Part shown: in pieces, positions 1 to 9,246 of the stretch
How the letters are laid out: each line of letters begins with the position of its first letter
Position numbering within the stretch: position 1 is the first letter of the stretch
Source: Pelagomonas calceolata
Lineage: Eukaryota
Direction of reading: 5' to 3'
DNA length: 64,000 bases
Assembly: GCA_918797485.1 (NCBI GenBank)
Contig: CAKKNE010000004.1
Location: 4,526,001-4,590,000 of the forward strand
Position numbers and translations under genes: made by a program
Notes under the pieces: model-generated
What the model was told of the DNA's origin: nothing
Seen by the model: only the letters and a program-made list of their open reading frames with translations
The model's database searches: none

Positions 1-52
1 GCGTGAAGTAAAAACGAACTTTCTTAATACAAAACTCACAACGCCGTCCCAA

Positions 53-757
53 CTACTCGTCCGCGCGCCCGTGCCAATCCAGGAACCGCGCCACGGAATC
101 CGCGTAGGCGGCCGCGTCCGCCGCGGGCAGCGGCCGGTGGCCCTCCGCATGCGTCCGGCGCTCCGGTCGTGCGAACAGAGTTGCTAGCTCGTCGCCGTTA
201 CCGACGACTGCGTCTTGCGCGCCGGCACCAATCAACGCCGGCGTAGTCAGCGGTCGCTCGAACGCGCCAGGTAGTTGGCGCGCCCAGCCGGGTCGCGCCG
301 GACAAAGCAGCACCACGGCGCGGAACGGCGCGCCCCGCCGTTCCGCCCGCGCCGCGAGCATCGACGCGAAGTTGGCCCCCTGCGAGAAGCCGAGCAAGCA
401 GTCAGCCCCCGAAACTCGGCCTTCGAGCGCCTCGACGGCTTCGTCGAGCTCGTTATAGGTCCGCCAGCCGCGGTCGTCGGCCGTCGCCTCGGCGTACTCG
501 CGCAGCTCCGCCGACGGCCCGTAGAAGCGCCGCATCATTTTGACATGCGGGTTGTCCTCGGCGCAGCGCTTGGGGCCCTCGACGAAGGTCACGTCCCACG
601 TCTCCCGCAGCTTCGGCAGGAGCGGACCCAGCTGGATGGTAAGTGTTTTGGCCGAGCCGGCGGTGCCATGGAGCAGGGCAATGGTGCGGCGGCGGGGCTG
701 CCCCGGCGAGGCTGGCTGCGCAAAGGTGGCCATGGATGCGAGGAGGCAGATGAGCAT
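53..757 (-). CDS. Serine hydrolase FSH1/OVCA2 family, with N-terminal signal-like peptide
   Basis: LLHGTAGS oxyanion motif, GFSQG nucleophile elbow, later D and GH triad residues; ATG at 757. Confidence 0.85.
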   Translation of the reverse strand: MLICLLASMATFAQPASPGQPRRRTIALLHGTAGSAKTLTIQLGPLLPKLRETWDVTFVEGPKRCAEDNPHVKMMRRFYGPSAELREYAEATADDRGWRTYNELDEAVEALEGRVSGADCLLGFSQGANFASMLAARAERRGAPFRAVVLLCPARPGWARQLPGAFERPLTTPALIGAGAQDAVVGNGDELATLFARPERRTHAEGHRPLPAADAAAYADSVARFLDWHGRADE

Positions 758-1132
758 CAATGCCCAGTCCTGGCCTCTACACCGACATCAGAGAGGCGGC
801 AGAGGCCATCTGCAGAGGCCCTGCCTTTTTGTGGCAGACAAGACCACTAGACCTGGAGTTTAAGGCCGCAGGGGGACTCGTGCAGACTTCCGGGCACGTG
901 GAAGGGCATCATGGTGTAATTTGCTGGGGCTCGCACCCCGTACCCTCAGAGTGAGCTTGCCAAGTGTCGGCTCGGAGACCACATTACTCGACCGCTACGG
1001 TTCCACAGCTGGTGCCACAGTAGATACAGGTTCACTCCAGCAAGATCTTTGGCTGGAGGCGGTACGACCTCGCGCGGCGCCGCCCAGCCAGAGCTTGAAG
1101 GCAGTGAAGTTTAGACCACAAAACAAACAAAA

Positions 1133-1376
1133 ATGGCCGATGCGCCAGACTGCTCGCCGGATGGCCCGGTGAACCTCGCGGACGACGAACAGCAGCCGAC
1201 CGAGGAGGTCGGCGTTGTTGGTGGTGAGTCTCCCTGCGTTCCCCGCGCGCGCCGTATACAGGCCGGCTCGCACCGCGCGCCCCCCCACCGCAGACACGAA
1301 CCTCGGCGTCGTGATGCTCGCGCTGCTGGTCATGGGCCTCATCAACTACTCGATGCGCGACCCGTGCACGTGCTAG
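1133..1376 (+). CDS. 57-aa single-TM microprotein, two exons (1133-1223, 1294-1376)
   Basis: AAAATGG start; GTGAGT...CCGCAG intron 1224-1293; spliced product MADAPDCSPDGPVNLADDEQQPTEEVGVVGDTNLGVVMLALLVMGLINYSMRDPCTC*. Confidence 0.65.
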
Positions 1377-1448
1377 TGGTCCGTCCTTCGTTCCCGCTCC
1401 TCGCACAAACAAGCTCTCGTGTGTAATTAAGATAGATACAATACAAAA

Positions 1449-2863
1449 TTAAGAATCAAGCTCCCCCCGCAACAACTCGGGAATCTCCAACCCAATATCC
1501 CTGGCCCAGCCCAGCGCGTGCTCGAGGCGCTTCATCTGGGCCTCGTCCAGGATGATGCCCTCGCCCATGTCATAACCTTGGTCTTTCTGCGAGAAGACGC
1601 GGCACAGCATAAAACACGCCGCCGCCGCCGCCGGGTTCACGTTGCCTTTCGACGCGGGGCCCGTCGACAGCGCGACCTCGAGCGCCGTACAAAAACCCTG
1701 CACGAGGCGCGCGGGCGACCGCGCGTCCCGTAATTCTTTCGTGTCGGCGCCGAAGTTCGCGAGCGCGACCGTCGCCGTCGCCGCGTCCCGTGGAATCGCG
1801 TCCGGGTCGCTCACGTGCGCGTCGCGGAGGCGCTCGACGGCCCGTGCTCGTATCTCCGGCCGCGCCTCGCGCTGCTTTATTAGTTGCTCTTTGCTGAGCT
1901 CGCGCGGCCGCAGCGCGCAGAGCTCGACGACCTGCGCGTTTCTCGCGTCGACGGCGCATCCCGTGGACGTCGTCGCGGCGATGGCGTGCCCTCCACGCCG
2001 TCGCGGCAACGCGTCGCTTCCCACCAACGAAAAGGGACGCCGCGCCACACGCGCAGCGCCGAGTCGAGGCCGTCGCCGTGCTCGTCGAGCTTCGTCGCGT
2101 GCAGGTCCTCGGAGCCGACGTCTTGTAAGGCGTCCAAGACGGCCTTGAGCAGCGCGTCCTCGACGCACAAAGCGTCGAAGACGTCGCAGTCGCCGTCGTG
2201 GTCCGGAAAGAACCGCGCCGCGAAGGCGAGCTCCAAAGCCCGCGCCACGAGCCTCGCGTCGAGCGAGTTCTCGATGCAAAAAAGGACTCTCGTTTTCAGA
2301 GAGATGGCCAGGGACGCCCAGGCGTCCGCGAACGGTTTGAGCAATTTGCTCCGATCCCGTTCTTCCCGCAGCACGAGAAAGCACGTCTGCATGAGCCGTA
2401 ACGACTCCGTCAGCAGGCCGGGGTCCTCGCTGCCCACCAACGCCGTGGCCACGAGCTCCCGCGCGTCCTCGCTCTTCGCTAGTTCTGGGAGCCAGCCGCA
2501 GACGTTCGTGTAGATGCCCAGAGCTACTTCCGCGACCCTGTCTGGAGCGCCTCGCGCCGTATCCAACAGCGTCGACGCGTGGGGACCAATGACGCAAGCG
2601 TGCGCCTTCGTCGCCGATAGGTCCCACAGCAGTTGGCCCGCCTTCTCGCGCTTGTCGGCTTCGGGTGGCGTCGTGCCGTCGCCGCAGAAGCCATGCAACA
2701 ATTTCAGGATCGTGAGCGGCTCGATGAGCGGCGCGTCCTCGTCCGAGCCCTCGTCCTCCTCTTTGTTTGTCTCTGGTTGCTTGGACTCCTCCGCAGGCTG
2801 CACGGGTGGGGCATCGGCCAGCGGGGGCATGTCGGCGTCTTCATTCTCTGCTTGGGCGCTCAT
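1449..2863 (-). CDS. SAAL1: SAAL1-like armadillo-fold protein, two exons (2863-2051, 1931-1449), 431 aa
   Basis: LWDLS...RVAEVALGIYTNVC...DPGLLTESLRLMQTC...LFCIENS resembles SAAL1; phase-0 GT-AG intron 1932-2050 joins the two ORF-track frames. Confidence 0.7.
1932..2050 (-). other. Spliceosomal intron (119 nt) carrying inverted copies of the introner core motif
   Basis: GTGTGG donor, ACGCGCAG acceptor, frame restored; internal GCGATGGCGTG / CACGCCGTCGC. Confidence 0.75.
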
Positions 2864-3007
2864 GGCTGCCAGTATGGTGGCCGAGTTGTTGATCTCTTCA
2901 GCCGTATGGCTGCGGTGCTGGAAAAATCGCACACTGGCTATGCCGTCGCTGCCACCACACTTCTACAGCACCGATGAGGTCGAAACGCGCGGCCGCGTAA
3001 AAGTTAG

Positions 3008-3029
3008 CTAGCGTCACGTAACACACTAG
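3008..3029 (+). promoter_or_regulatory. CTAG-box motif copy (CTAGCGTCACGTAACACACTAG)
   Basis: Matches recurrent 22-bp motif; lies in divergent SAAL1/coiled-coil intergenic region. Confidence 0.6.
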
Positions 3030-3235
3030 CAGGGAAGCTTATCGGGCTTGCTTTGGACACGTCGAGCAGTTTCGCCGTCCTTCGGCCGCGTCGGCGACAC
3101 ACCGGGTCGACACGTCTGCCACCAGTTCGTTTCTAGCGTGCCACGCGCGCGACACTACATCGATTTCTTGGAATTGCTCTCGGACAAAAAAGAGAGCTTA
3201 CCGACGCGACGCCGACGACGCGAAGCATCTCCGAG

Positions 3236-4552
3236 ATGTTGCGCCAAACGTCACCGAAAGCCGCTTCAGGCGGCACCGGCTTCGCCATGCTCCCGAGCGC
3301 CCACCGCAAGCCGGAGCGCCGCGACTCGAAGGCGTTCAAGATGGAAACGCAGTTCAATACCGGCCGCGCGTGGTTCCTCTCCGTCGCGCTGTTGCTGGGC
3401 ACGCTCGGCTTCGTGCTCGTCGACCACTCGAGCCGGACGGCCAATTTGCGCGGCCACCTCCACGAGAAGCACGCGCGCGCGAACGAGCAGATCGCGACCC
3501 TGAAAACGCGCCTGCGCGGCCAGCTCTCCGCCGAGGCTCAGGCCAAAGAAGAGGCCCAGGCCTCGGCTGAAGCGGCCAAGAAGGAGGCCGCGGAAGGGAA
3601 GCGGTACTACCAGCAGGCGCGCGAGACGGCCGAGACGATCCGGCAGGCGCGCGACACGCTCAAGGCGGAGCGCGACACGGCGCGGCTCGAGCGCGACGTC
3701 GTGAGCGGCGTGAGAATCGCCACGCCGTCGACGCGACGCCATCGACGCGTCGGACGCCACGCCATCGACGCGTGATTCGCACGCAGGCCGCGAGGAAGGA
3801 CGCGCTCGCCGTCAAGGGCAAATTGGAGTACGACATCGAAATGGTGAAGGAGGAGGTCCAAAAATGGAAAAACCGGGCCCAGCTCGCGGTGCGGCAGGAT
3901 AACGAGCATAAGCAAGCCGCCGAGACGGCCGCGAGCGCCGCGGCGGCGAAGCTGGGGGAGGCAGAGCTCAACAAAGCCGCCGTTGCGGCGGAGAAGAACG
4001 CGGCCGAGGCCCGCGCGGCCGCGGCCGAGCGGAAGGTCGAGAACCGTGTGGAAATCAAAATTGTACGGCGTGTTCGTGCTGAATCGTCGCGTCGACCTCC
4101 ACGCCATCGGCGCGCCGCCAGCTCGACGGCGTGGCGATGCCGGTTCCCCACCGCTCGACGGAGCCAGCACGGCCGCGTCGTCGCCGAGAAATGACTGATT
4201 GGTTTCCACACAGGTCGAGAACCTCCAGGCGGAGCTCGACAAGGCGCGCGGGCTCCTCAGGAAGTGCCAGGACATGTTCGACACGCGCAACGCGGAGCTC
4301 CAGAAGCTCCGCGCCGACCACTCCGAGGACCACAACCAGGTCGTCGCGCACCAGAAGGAAATCGAGGCCATGAAAGAATGGTCCGAGGAGGCCAAGGGCC
4401 AGATGCAGGAGCTGTCGCAGCGCGCGGCGCAGACGCCGGCGCACATGTCCACGCTCGAGGCCATCCTCGCGCGCATGACGGCGCGGCCGACGGAAAAGGA
4501 CGTCGCGGAGGCCGAGCGCCTCCAGAAGGTCATGGCGGGGGCGGAGGACTAG
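3236..4552 (+). CDS. Type II membrane-anchored coiled-coil protein, three exons (3236-3700, 3787-4035, 4214-4552), ~350 aa
   Basis: TM WFLSVALLLGTLGFVLV followed by Ala/Glu/Lys heptads; two phase-0 introns restore the frame (first donor could instead be 3710). Confidence 0.75.
3701..3786 (+). other. Intron (86 nt) with three tandem ACGCCRTCGACGCG core motifs
   Basis: GTGAGC donor, CACGCAG acceptor; motifs at ~3721, ~3736, ~3758. Confidence 0.75.
4044..4213 (+). mobile_element. Introner element (170 bp), perfect 8-bp TSD GTCGAGAA; intron 4036-4213
   Basis: TIRs CCGTGTGGAAATCAAAAT / ATTGGTTTCCACACAG; TSD copies at 4036-4043 and 4214-4221; GT of first TSD is the donor, AG of TIR is the acceptor. 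Confidence 0.92.
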
Positions 4553-4777
4553 GTGTGTCCATCGTTCCTACTACTACTCTCCTGGGGCTCGACGCGTAGC
4601 GTGCTGCGTAGGGCCGGGGGCGTACGGGCGCGGCGGCGAGATCACGCGGACCCCGCGTCGGCTCCGCGGCTAGGTGGCCTAAGCGAGCAGACGCGAGACC
4701 GAAGGTCCACGACGTCGCGGCAACGGCGCAAAACCCCTCGCCATACGCCGTCGCCGCGACAACTTAAAGGAACATAC

Positions 4778-5026
4778 TTAGTCTAGCTTCTTTCGGAAGG
4801 AGCAGCCCTCCGTGAGTCTGGCTTTGCCGCCCGTCGGCTGGCAGAGCATCATCGAGCACGAGCCGCACAGCACCGTCGTCTGCGCGTGGCTGAAGACCGT
4901 CGTGATGTTGAAGCAGCCCGGGCACTTCACGTCCATGAAAAAAGAGTTGGGGGATTGTACTAAGCGCTTGAGCTTGTGCTTCCGTTTTTCCTCGCTCGCC
5001 GAGGGGTGGAGGAGGTCGCGCACCAT
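4778..5026 (-). CDS. RPS27: 40S ribosomal protein S27 (eS27)
   Basis: DLLHP...[23 protein letters not shown]...C..C...[17 protein letters not shown]. Confidence 0.98.
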   Translation of the reverse strand: MVRDLLHPSASEEKRKHKLKRLVQSPNSFFMDVKCPGCFNITTVFSHAQTTVLCGSCSMMLCQPTGGKARLTEGCSFRKKLD

Positions 5027-6021
5027 GGTTTTTGGTGGCGATGCGCTCCTGGGGACCTGTGTGGGAGATACGGGTCTGCTGGCGGCTCGGGCGGGCGGCG
5101 CGGTCTCTCGGGCGTCTTCCTGGCTGCTCTTGGCGGCTCGGCGGGCGGAGAAGTCTCTCGAGACTGAAGCCGCGGGCCGCGGCGCGCTCCGACGCTTTTG
5201 CGTCTTTGCGGCGGCCAGCGCTCGCCGTGGGGCACGGCCTCTGGGCCGCGGGCGCCCGCGCGCCGCCTTTTTTGAGCTGCTGAAGAGCTGTCTCCAAAAG
5301 CTGGTGCTCGCCGGTGCGACGACGGCAGAGTCCGCGCTTGCGCCAGCAGTCCGTTCGGCTGAAGTTCGAAGCGATGCGCGGTTGATATTAGCTCAGGTGT
5401 CCACCTTGACTGCGTAGAGCGGGTGTCTATTTTTGTCCTCGCTGACTTTGGCGGTCTAGAGCCTCCAGCCTCAGACCACCGCAAGCGTCGCTCGCGCTCG
5501 TTGCCGACGTCGTCTTCGACCGCCTCGCGGCGTGAGAGCTTCCGGGACGCTTCGAATCGCTAGATAGAACCACTAGCAATTCAGCTAAAGACAGCGATTT
5601 TGCAAAACAGCCCGCCGTCTAGCCTAAATAGACGTTCACAGCTGCGTCCAAGCTCAATTCCTGCTTCATCGATGCCTAGCTTCAGCTCCTGCTGCGCGCG
5701 GCGGCCCCCTGGCGTGTTGGCGAGGCAAAATGCAAATGCGCTCAAAATCGCGTTTGACAGCGGTAGAGCCGCGACGCGCGGCCGAGAGACAAGTCGTCAA
5801 GGGCCGCTGCGCGAGCAGCCAAGGCTCGACACGACGCAACGCCGGGCAACGGCGCACGCGGCGACCGCCGCGAGGCGGGAGCCGCGACACGCCGTCGATG
5901 CGTTGACGCCGTCGCCGCAAGCGACCACACACAGACCGCTCGCACAGAACGTCGACGCTCACCCGGTTGTCCCCCCACAGGCCTTCGTTCACCGCATCCG
6001 TTTCGAGTGTGCTGACGAAAG

Positions 6022-6192
6022 ATGGGCGCCAAGGCTCTCATCAACAGCCACCCGAAGAAGTTCGGCAAGGGCGGCCGCCGGTGCCGCGTCTGCGGCAACC
6101 AGCAGGCCATCATCCGCAAATACAACATGAACATCTGCCGGCAGTGCTTCCGGACGTACGCGAAGGACATCGGCTTCGTGAAGTACAACTAG
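6022..6192 (+). CDS. RPS29: 40S ribosomal protein S29 (uS14), 56 aa; absent from the ORF track
   Basis: Hand translation [56 protein letters not shown]. Confidence 0.97.
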   Translation: MGAKALINSHPKKFGKGGRRCRVCGNQQAIIRKYNMNICRQCFRTYAKDIGFVKYN

Positions 6193-6951
6193 GTCTTGTC
6201 GTAAAAAAAAAATAACACTACTCCGTTCCTGTCGGTCATGCCTCCCCCTCGCCGACGACGTCGCTTGCCTTGGGGCGACGGCGTGTGATAGGTGTGCGAG
6301 GGCCGGGGCGGGCCGGGCGTACGTATGTTGGCGCGGATCCGGAGTCGAGGCGGCGTGCGGGGACGCGGCGGGGTCGCGTCTATGGCGTCGGGGGCGGGAT
6401 TGACCGTACGGCGCCTGGTAGCAGGACGCGGCGCCTGGCCCCGCGTCGCGGCTTATAATGGGGCCATGGGCTGCCCAAAGCGCGGGAGGGTCCTAGAGGC
6501 GTCCCGTCCGGCCCTGCGGGCATGTAACCGCCAGTTTTACGGCGAGGTACGGGTGCTGGGCAGCCAGATGGGGCTGCCCTGGTTTAACCTCCGGCAGGTC
6601 TCCGAGGACCCCGGATGGGACGCCGCGTGGACTGAACCTGCATTCAAAGCGCCGCGCGACCCTTCCGGCCGTCAGATGACCAAAAAAGTACCCCCTACTT
6701 TGTTCCGAGCCGCTCAAATAACTTTGCGCTGTGTGTCGTATAACCGCTGCGCCCAAAACGCCAAACCCTAGCTGGCCGCTGAAACCGGCTTCAAAACACT
6801 CCACGAGCCCTAGAGGAACGCTCCAGCGCCTACGACGCCATTACCTGCGCCTGCGCTCAAGAACCAGCCGTGCGCGCCAAAAGTCGTCTTGGCCGTGCGA
6901 CCCCTGAAACACATCTCAAAACACTCCAGAAACCCACCCGCAGCGCCCAGC

Positions 6952-7755
6952 ATGACCTGCGCCGTCTGCGCGCGCGTACAGACGAGGCCAAAAAGGGCCA
7001 GTAGACTCGGCCGCAGCGGTAAAGGCCGCCGCGGCGGGCCCATCAAGGCTGTTGTGGCCGCCTACGCGCTCACGAGCGCGTCCGCCCTCTCGGCCGCGCC
7101 CGTGAGGCGGGCGGCGCCGGTGAAGAACTCCGACGAAGTCCCGGCCGCCGTGAGCCGCCGCTCGCACCTGACGACGAGCGTCACGGCGCCGGTCGCCGCG
7201 GCCGTCGGCGCCAAGGGCTTGGTAGCGGTGGCCCAGGACTTGGCCGCGCGCCGCGCGGGCGACGTCGTCGTCCTAGATCGGGTGACGCGCCACGTCAACG
7301 ACCTCTTCGCGGAGGACGAGGTGCTCGCCACGGCGGCGTCCTTCTCGATCCTCACTCGCATCAAGTCCGCCTGGTCGGCGAACGAGAAGCTCACGGCGAA
7401 GGGTCTGGATCATGTCAATTCGTTAAGGGACATCGCGGGCGTGCGCGTCGTCGTCGACGAGGGCCCGCAACTCATAGATGAGGAGGCCGGCTACGCGCTG
7501 TGCTACCGCGTGCTGAGGAGGTTGGCGACGTCGCCGTACGTGCGAGAAGTGACGGATCTGAAGGACTACGTCCGGGCGCCGAAGCCGAACGGCTACCGGT
7601 CGCTCCACGCGACGATCGTACCCACGTCGTCCCGGTTACCTCGCTTCGAGATCCAGGTGCGGACGCGGGCCATGGACAACGTCGCGATCCACGGCTCGGC
7701 GGCGCACCGCGCGTACAAGCTCGCCTCGGCGGGCCGCGTCGCCGACGTGGTATGA
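6952..7755 (+). CDS. RelA/SpoT (p)ppGpp synthetase-domain-only protein, possibly plastid-targeted
   Basis: RIKS, DIAGVR, KDYV..PKPNGYRSLH, EIQVRT, AAHRAYK motifs; no HD hydrolase domain; start uncertain. Confidence 0.85.
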   Translation: MTCAVCARVQTRPKRASRLGRSGKGRRGGPIKAVVAAYALTSASALSAAPVRRAAPVKNSDEVPAAVSRRSHLTTSVTAPVAAAVGAKGLVAVAQDLAARRAGDVVVLDRVTRHVNDLFAEDEVLATAASFSILTRIKSAWSANEKLTAKGLDHVNSLRDIAGVRVVVDEGPQLIDEEAGYALCYRVLRRLATSPYVREVTDLKDYVRAPKPNGYRSLHATIVPTSSRLPRFEIQVRTRAMDNVAIHGSAAHRAYKLASAGRVADVV

Positions 7756-7870
7756 TGAACCTCGCCGCCTCCTGTCATTTGTTGAACAGACCACCGCTGA
7801 ACAGACCACCGCATGTCGATATCCGCAAGAAGTCCTCCCCTCGAGCCCCGCGTCGCGTTGCGGGGAAGAA

Positions 7871-7903
7871 GAATGTAACGTACCATATATGTATTCTGTT
7901 TGG
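7871..7903 (+). repeat. 33-bp direct repeat, copy 1 (GAATGTAACGTACCATATATGTATTCTGTTTGG)
   Basis: Identical to 9167-9199; gapped similarity extends ~20-30 bp further 5'. Confidence 0.95.
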
Positions 7904-8122
7904 GGGTCCGAAGTTAGAGCTAGGCCGCCTAGCCACCACAACCGCACGCCCGCCCCCAACCGCCCCCGGCCCTCGTACGCCGTCGCCGCCCCGAGTGTAA
8001 CTAGCTCGGAGGCGGCACGAGTATGCCAATCAATTCTCTAGTACAGGGGGGGCGAGGGACGGGTCCACCGCCTACGGACGTTCAAGAGGGAGCTAATTAT
8101 CAAGGGGGGGGGGGCGCATGCA

Positions 8123-8146
8123 GCGCTTCCAAATCCAAAGCAGGGA
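8123..8146 (+). repeat. 24-bp inverted repeat, left arm (GCGCTTCCAAATCCAAAGCAGGGA)
   Basis: 23/24 match to the reverse complement of 9125-9148. Confidence 0.9.
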
Positions 8147-8190
8147 CAGGAAGCGCGCGACGGCGATGGAGAGCGACCGCGACGGCGCGA

Positions 8191-8952
8191 TCAAGCGGAG
8201 AAAAGGAGGGCGACGAGCGCCAGGAGGCCGACGGCGCGGGGCGCGGCGGCGTCGACGACGGTCGACGACGTGGTGTGCGGGCAGTTCGCGGGCAGCCACT
8301 GGGGCGTCAGGCCGCTCCACGAATACGCTGCGCAGTCGGTCTGGGATATGAACGAGACGCAGTCGTAGCTGGTGGTGTCTTCTCCGGTCGCCTGGATGGA
8401 GTGGCGGAGCAAAAAGTCGGACGGGCAGCAGCCCGCGGCCCCCGCCAGGTCCGTCGCGCCGCTACAACCGGCGAACGCGTTGCCGTACACGAAGGCGCAG
8501 CAGGTGCCGTCCGCGGCCGCGTCCGCGACGCCGTCCTGGTCGTTGTCGCGGAAGCCTTTGGGGGTCGGCGGCGGCGTCAGCTGAGGGGCCGGCGTCGGAG
8601 CCGGCGTCGGCAGAAAGTGCGGACACTGAAAGGACATCCAGATGGGCGTCTCGGTGCCCCAGGGGGCGCTCCACGAGTACGCGGTGCAGTCGGTCTGGGA
8701 CATGAACGAGATGCAGTCCCACTTGGTGGTGTCTTCGTTGCCGTCGGACCCGATGGAGTAGCGGTGGAGGAAGCCGGCCGGGCAGCAGCCCGCGGTCCCC
8801 GCCAGGTCCGTCGCGCTGCTACACTCACTGAGCGCGTTGCCGTACTTGAGAGCGCAGCAGGTATCGGCCGCGGCGGCGTCCGCCACGCCGTCGCCGTCGA
8901 GGTCCGCGGCCCGGGCTGCCCCGAGGCACAGCAGAAGGGCAATGGACTTCAT
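8191..8952 (-). CDS. Secreted, probably GPI-anchored Cys-rich protein with two ~80-aa tandem domains
   Basis: Signal MKSIALLLCLGAARA; two repeats DxDxDGVAD...TCC...C...GCCP...DC...DC; PTPAPTPAP linker; Thr/Ser stretch and hydrophobic C-terminal tail. Confidence 0.85.
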   Translation of the reverse strand: MKSIALLLCLGAARAADLDGDGVADAAAADTCCALKYGNALSECSSATDLAGTAGCCPAGFLHRYSIGSDGNEDTTKWDCISFMSQTDCTAYSWSAPWGTETPIWMSFQCPHFLPTPAPTPAPQLTPPPTPKGFRDNDQDGVADAAADGTCCAFVYGNAFAGCSGATDLAGAAGCCPSDFLLRHSIQATGEDTTSYDCVSFISQTDCAAYSWSGLTPQWLPANCPHTTSSTVVDAAAPRAVGLLALVALLFSA

Positions 8953-9124
8953 CTTGGCTATGTGCAGCAAAAATAGTGGTCTGGGCAGCGCCGCGCGCGC
9001 CCGGGCAGATCCCGGTGATGAAACTGCCCGGGCAGATCGGGTCGGGCGCGTGCCTCAGATCGGTCCGACGCGCCTCTCTGCAGGACTAGTATGGCTCTTC
9101 GGCCAGGCGTGCTCCTGTTTCCGT

Positions 9125-9148
9125 TCCCTGCTTTGGATTTGGTAGCGC
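9125..9148 (-). repeat. 24-bp inverted repeat, right arm
   Basis: TCCCTGCTTTGGATTTGGTAGCGC pairs with 8123-8146. Confidence 0.9.
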
Positions 9149-9166
9149 GAACCCGCGTCTGCGGGG

Positions 9167-9199
9167 GAATGTAACGTACCATATATGTATTCTGTTTGG
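9167..9199 (+). repeat. 33-bp direct repeat, copy 2
   Basis: Identical to 7871-7903. Confidence 0.95.
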
Positions 9200-9246
9200 T
9201 GGTCGCGGCGACGGCGTTCGGATAAACAGCACTCTTACACACAACA

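Noticed and set aside
3701..3786. Tandem ACGCCATCGACGCG repeats as a CRISPR-like array
   Set aside because: No regular spacers or cas genes; lies inside a spliceosomal intron
5560..5576. CTAGATAGAACCACTAG (and AAGACCACTAG near 840) as CTAG-box copies
   Set aside because: Spacing and core deviate too far to count confidently
6240..6890. ORF 6292-6771 and a telomere-like AAACCCTA near 6763
   Set aside because: ORF is not protein-like; a single heptamer is not significant
7783..7812. 15-bp tandem repeat TGAACAGACCACCGC x2
   Set aside because: Simple local duplication in a 3' UTR; no further structure
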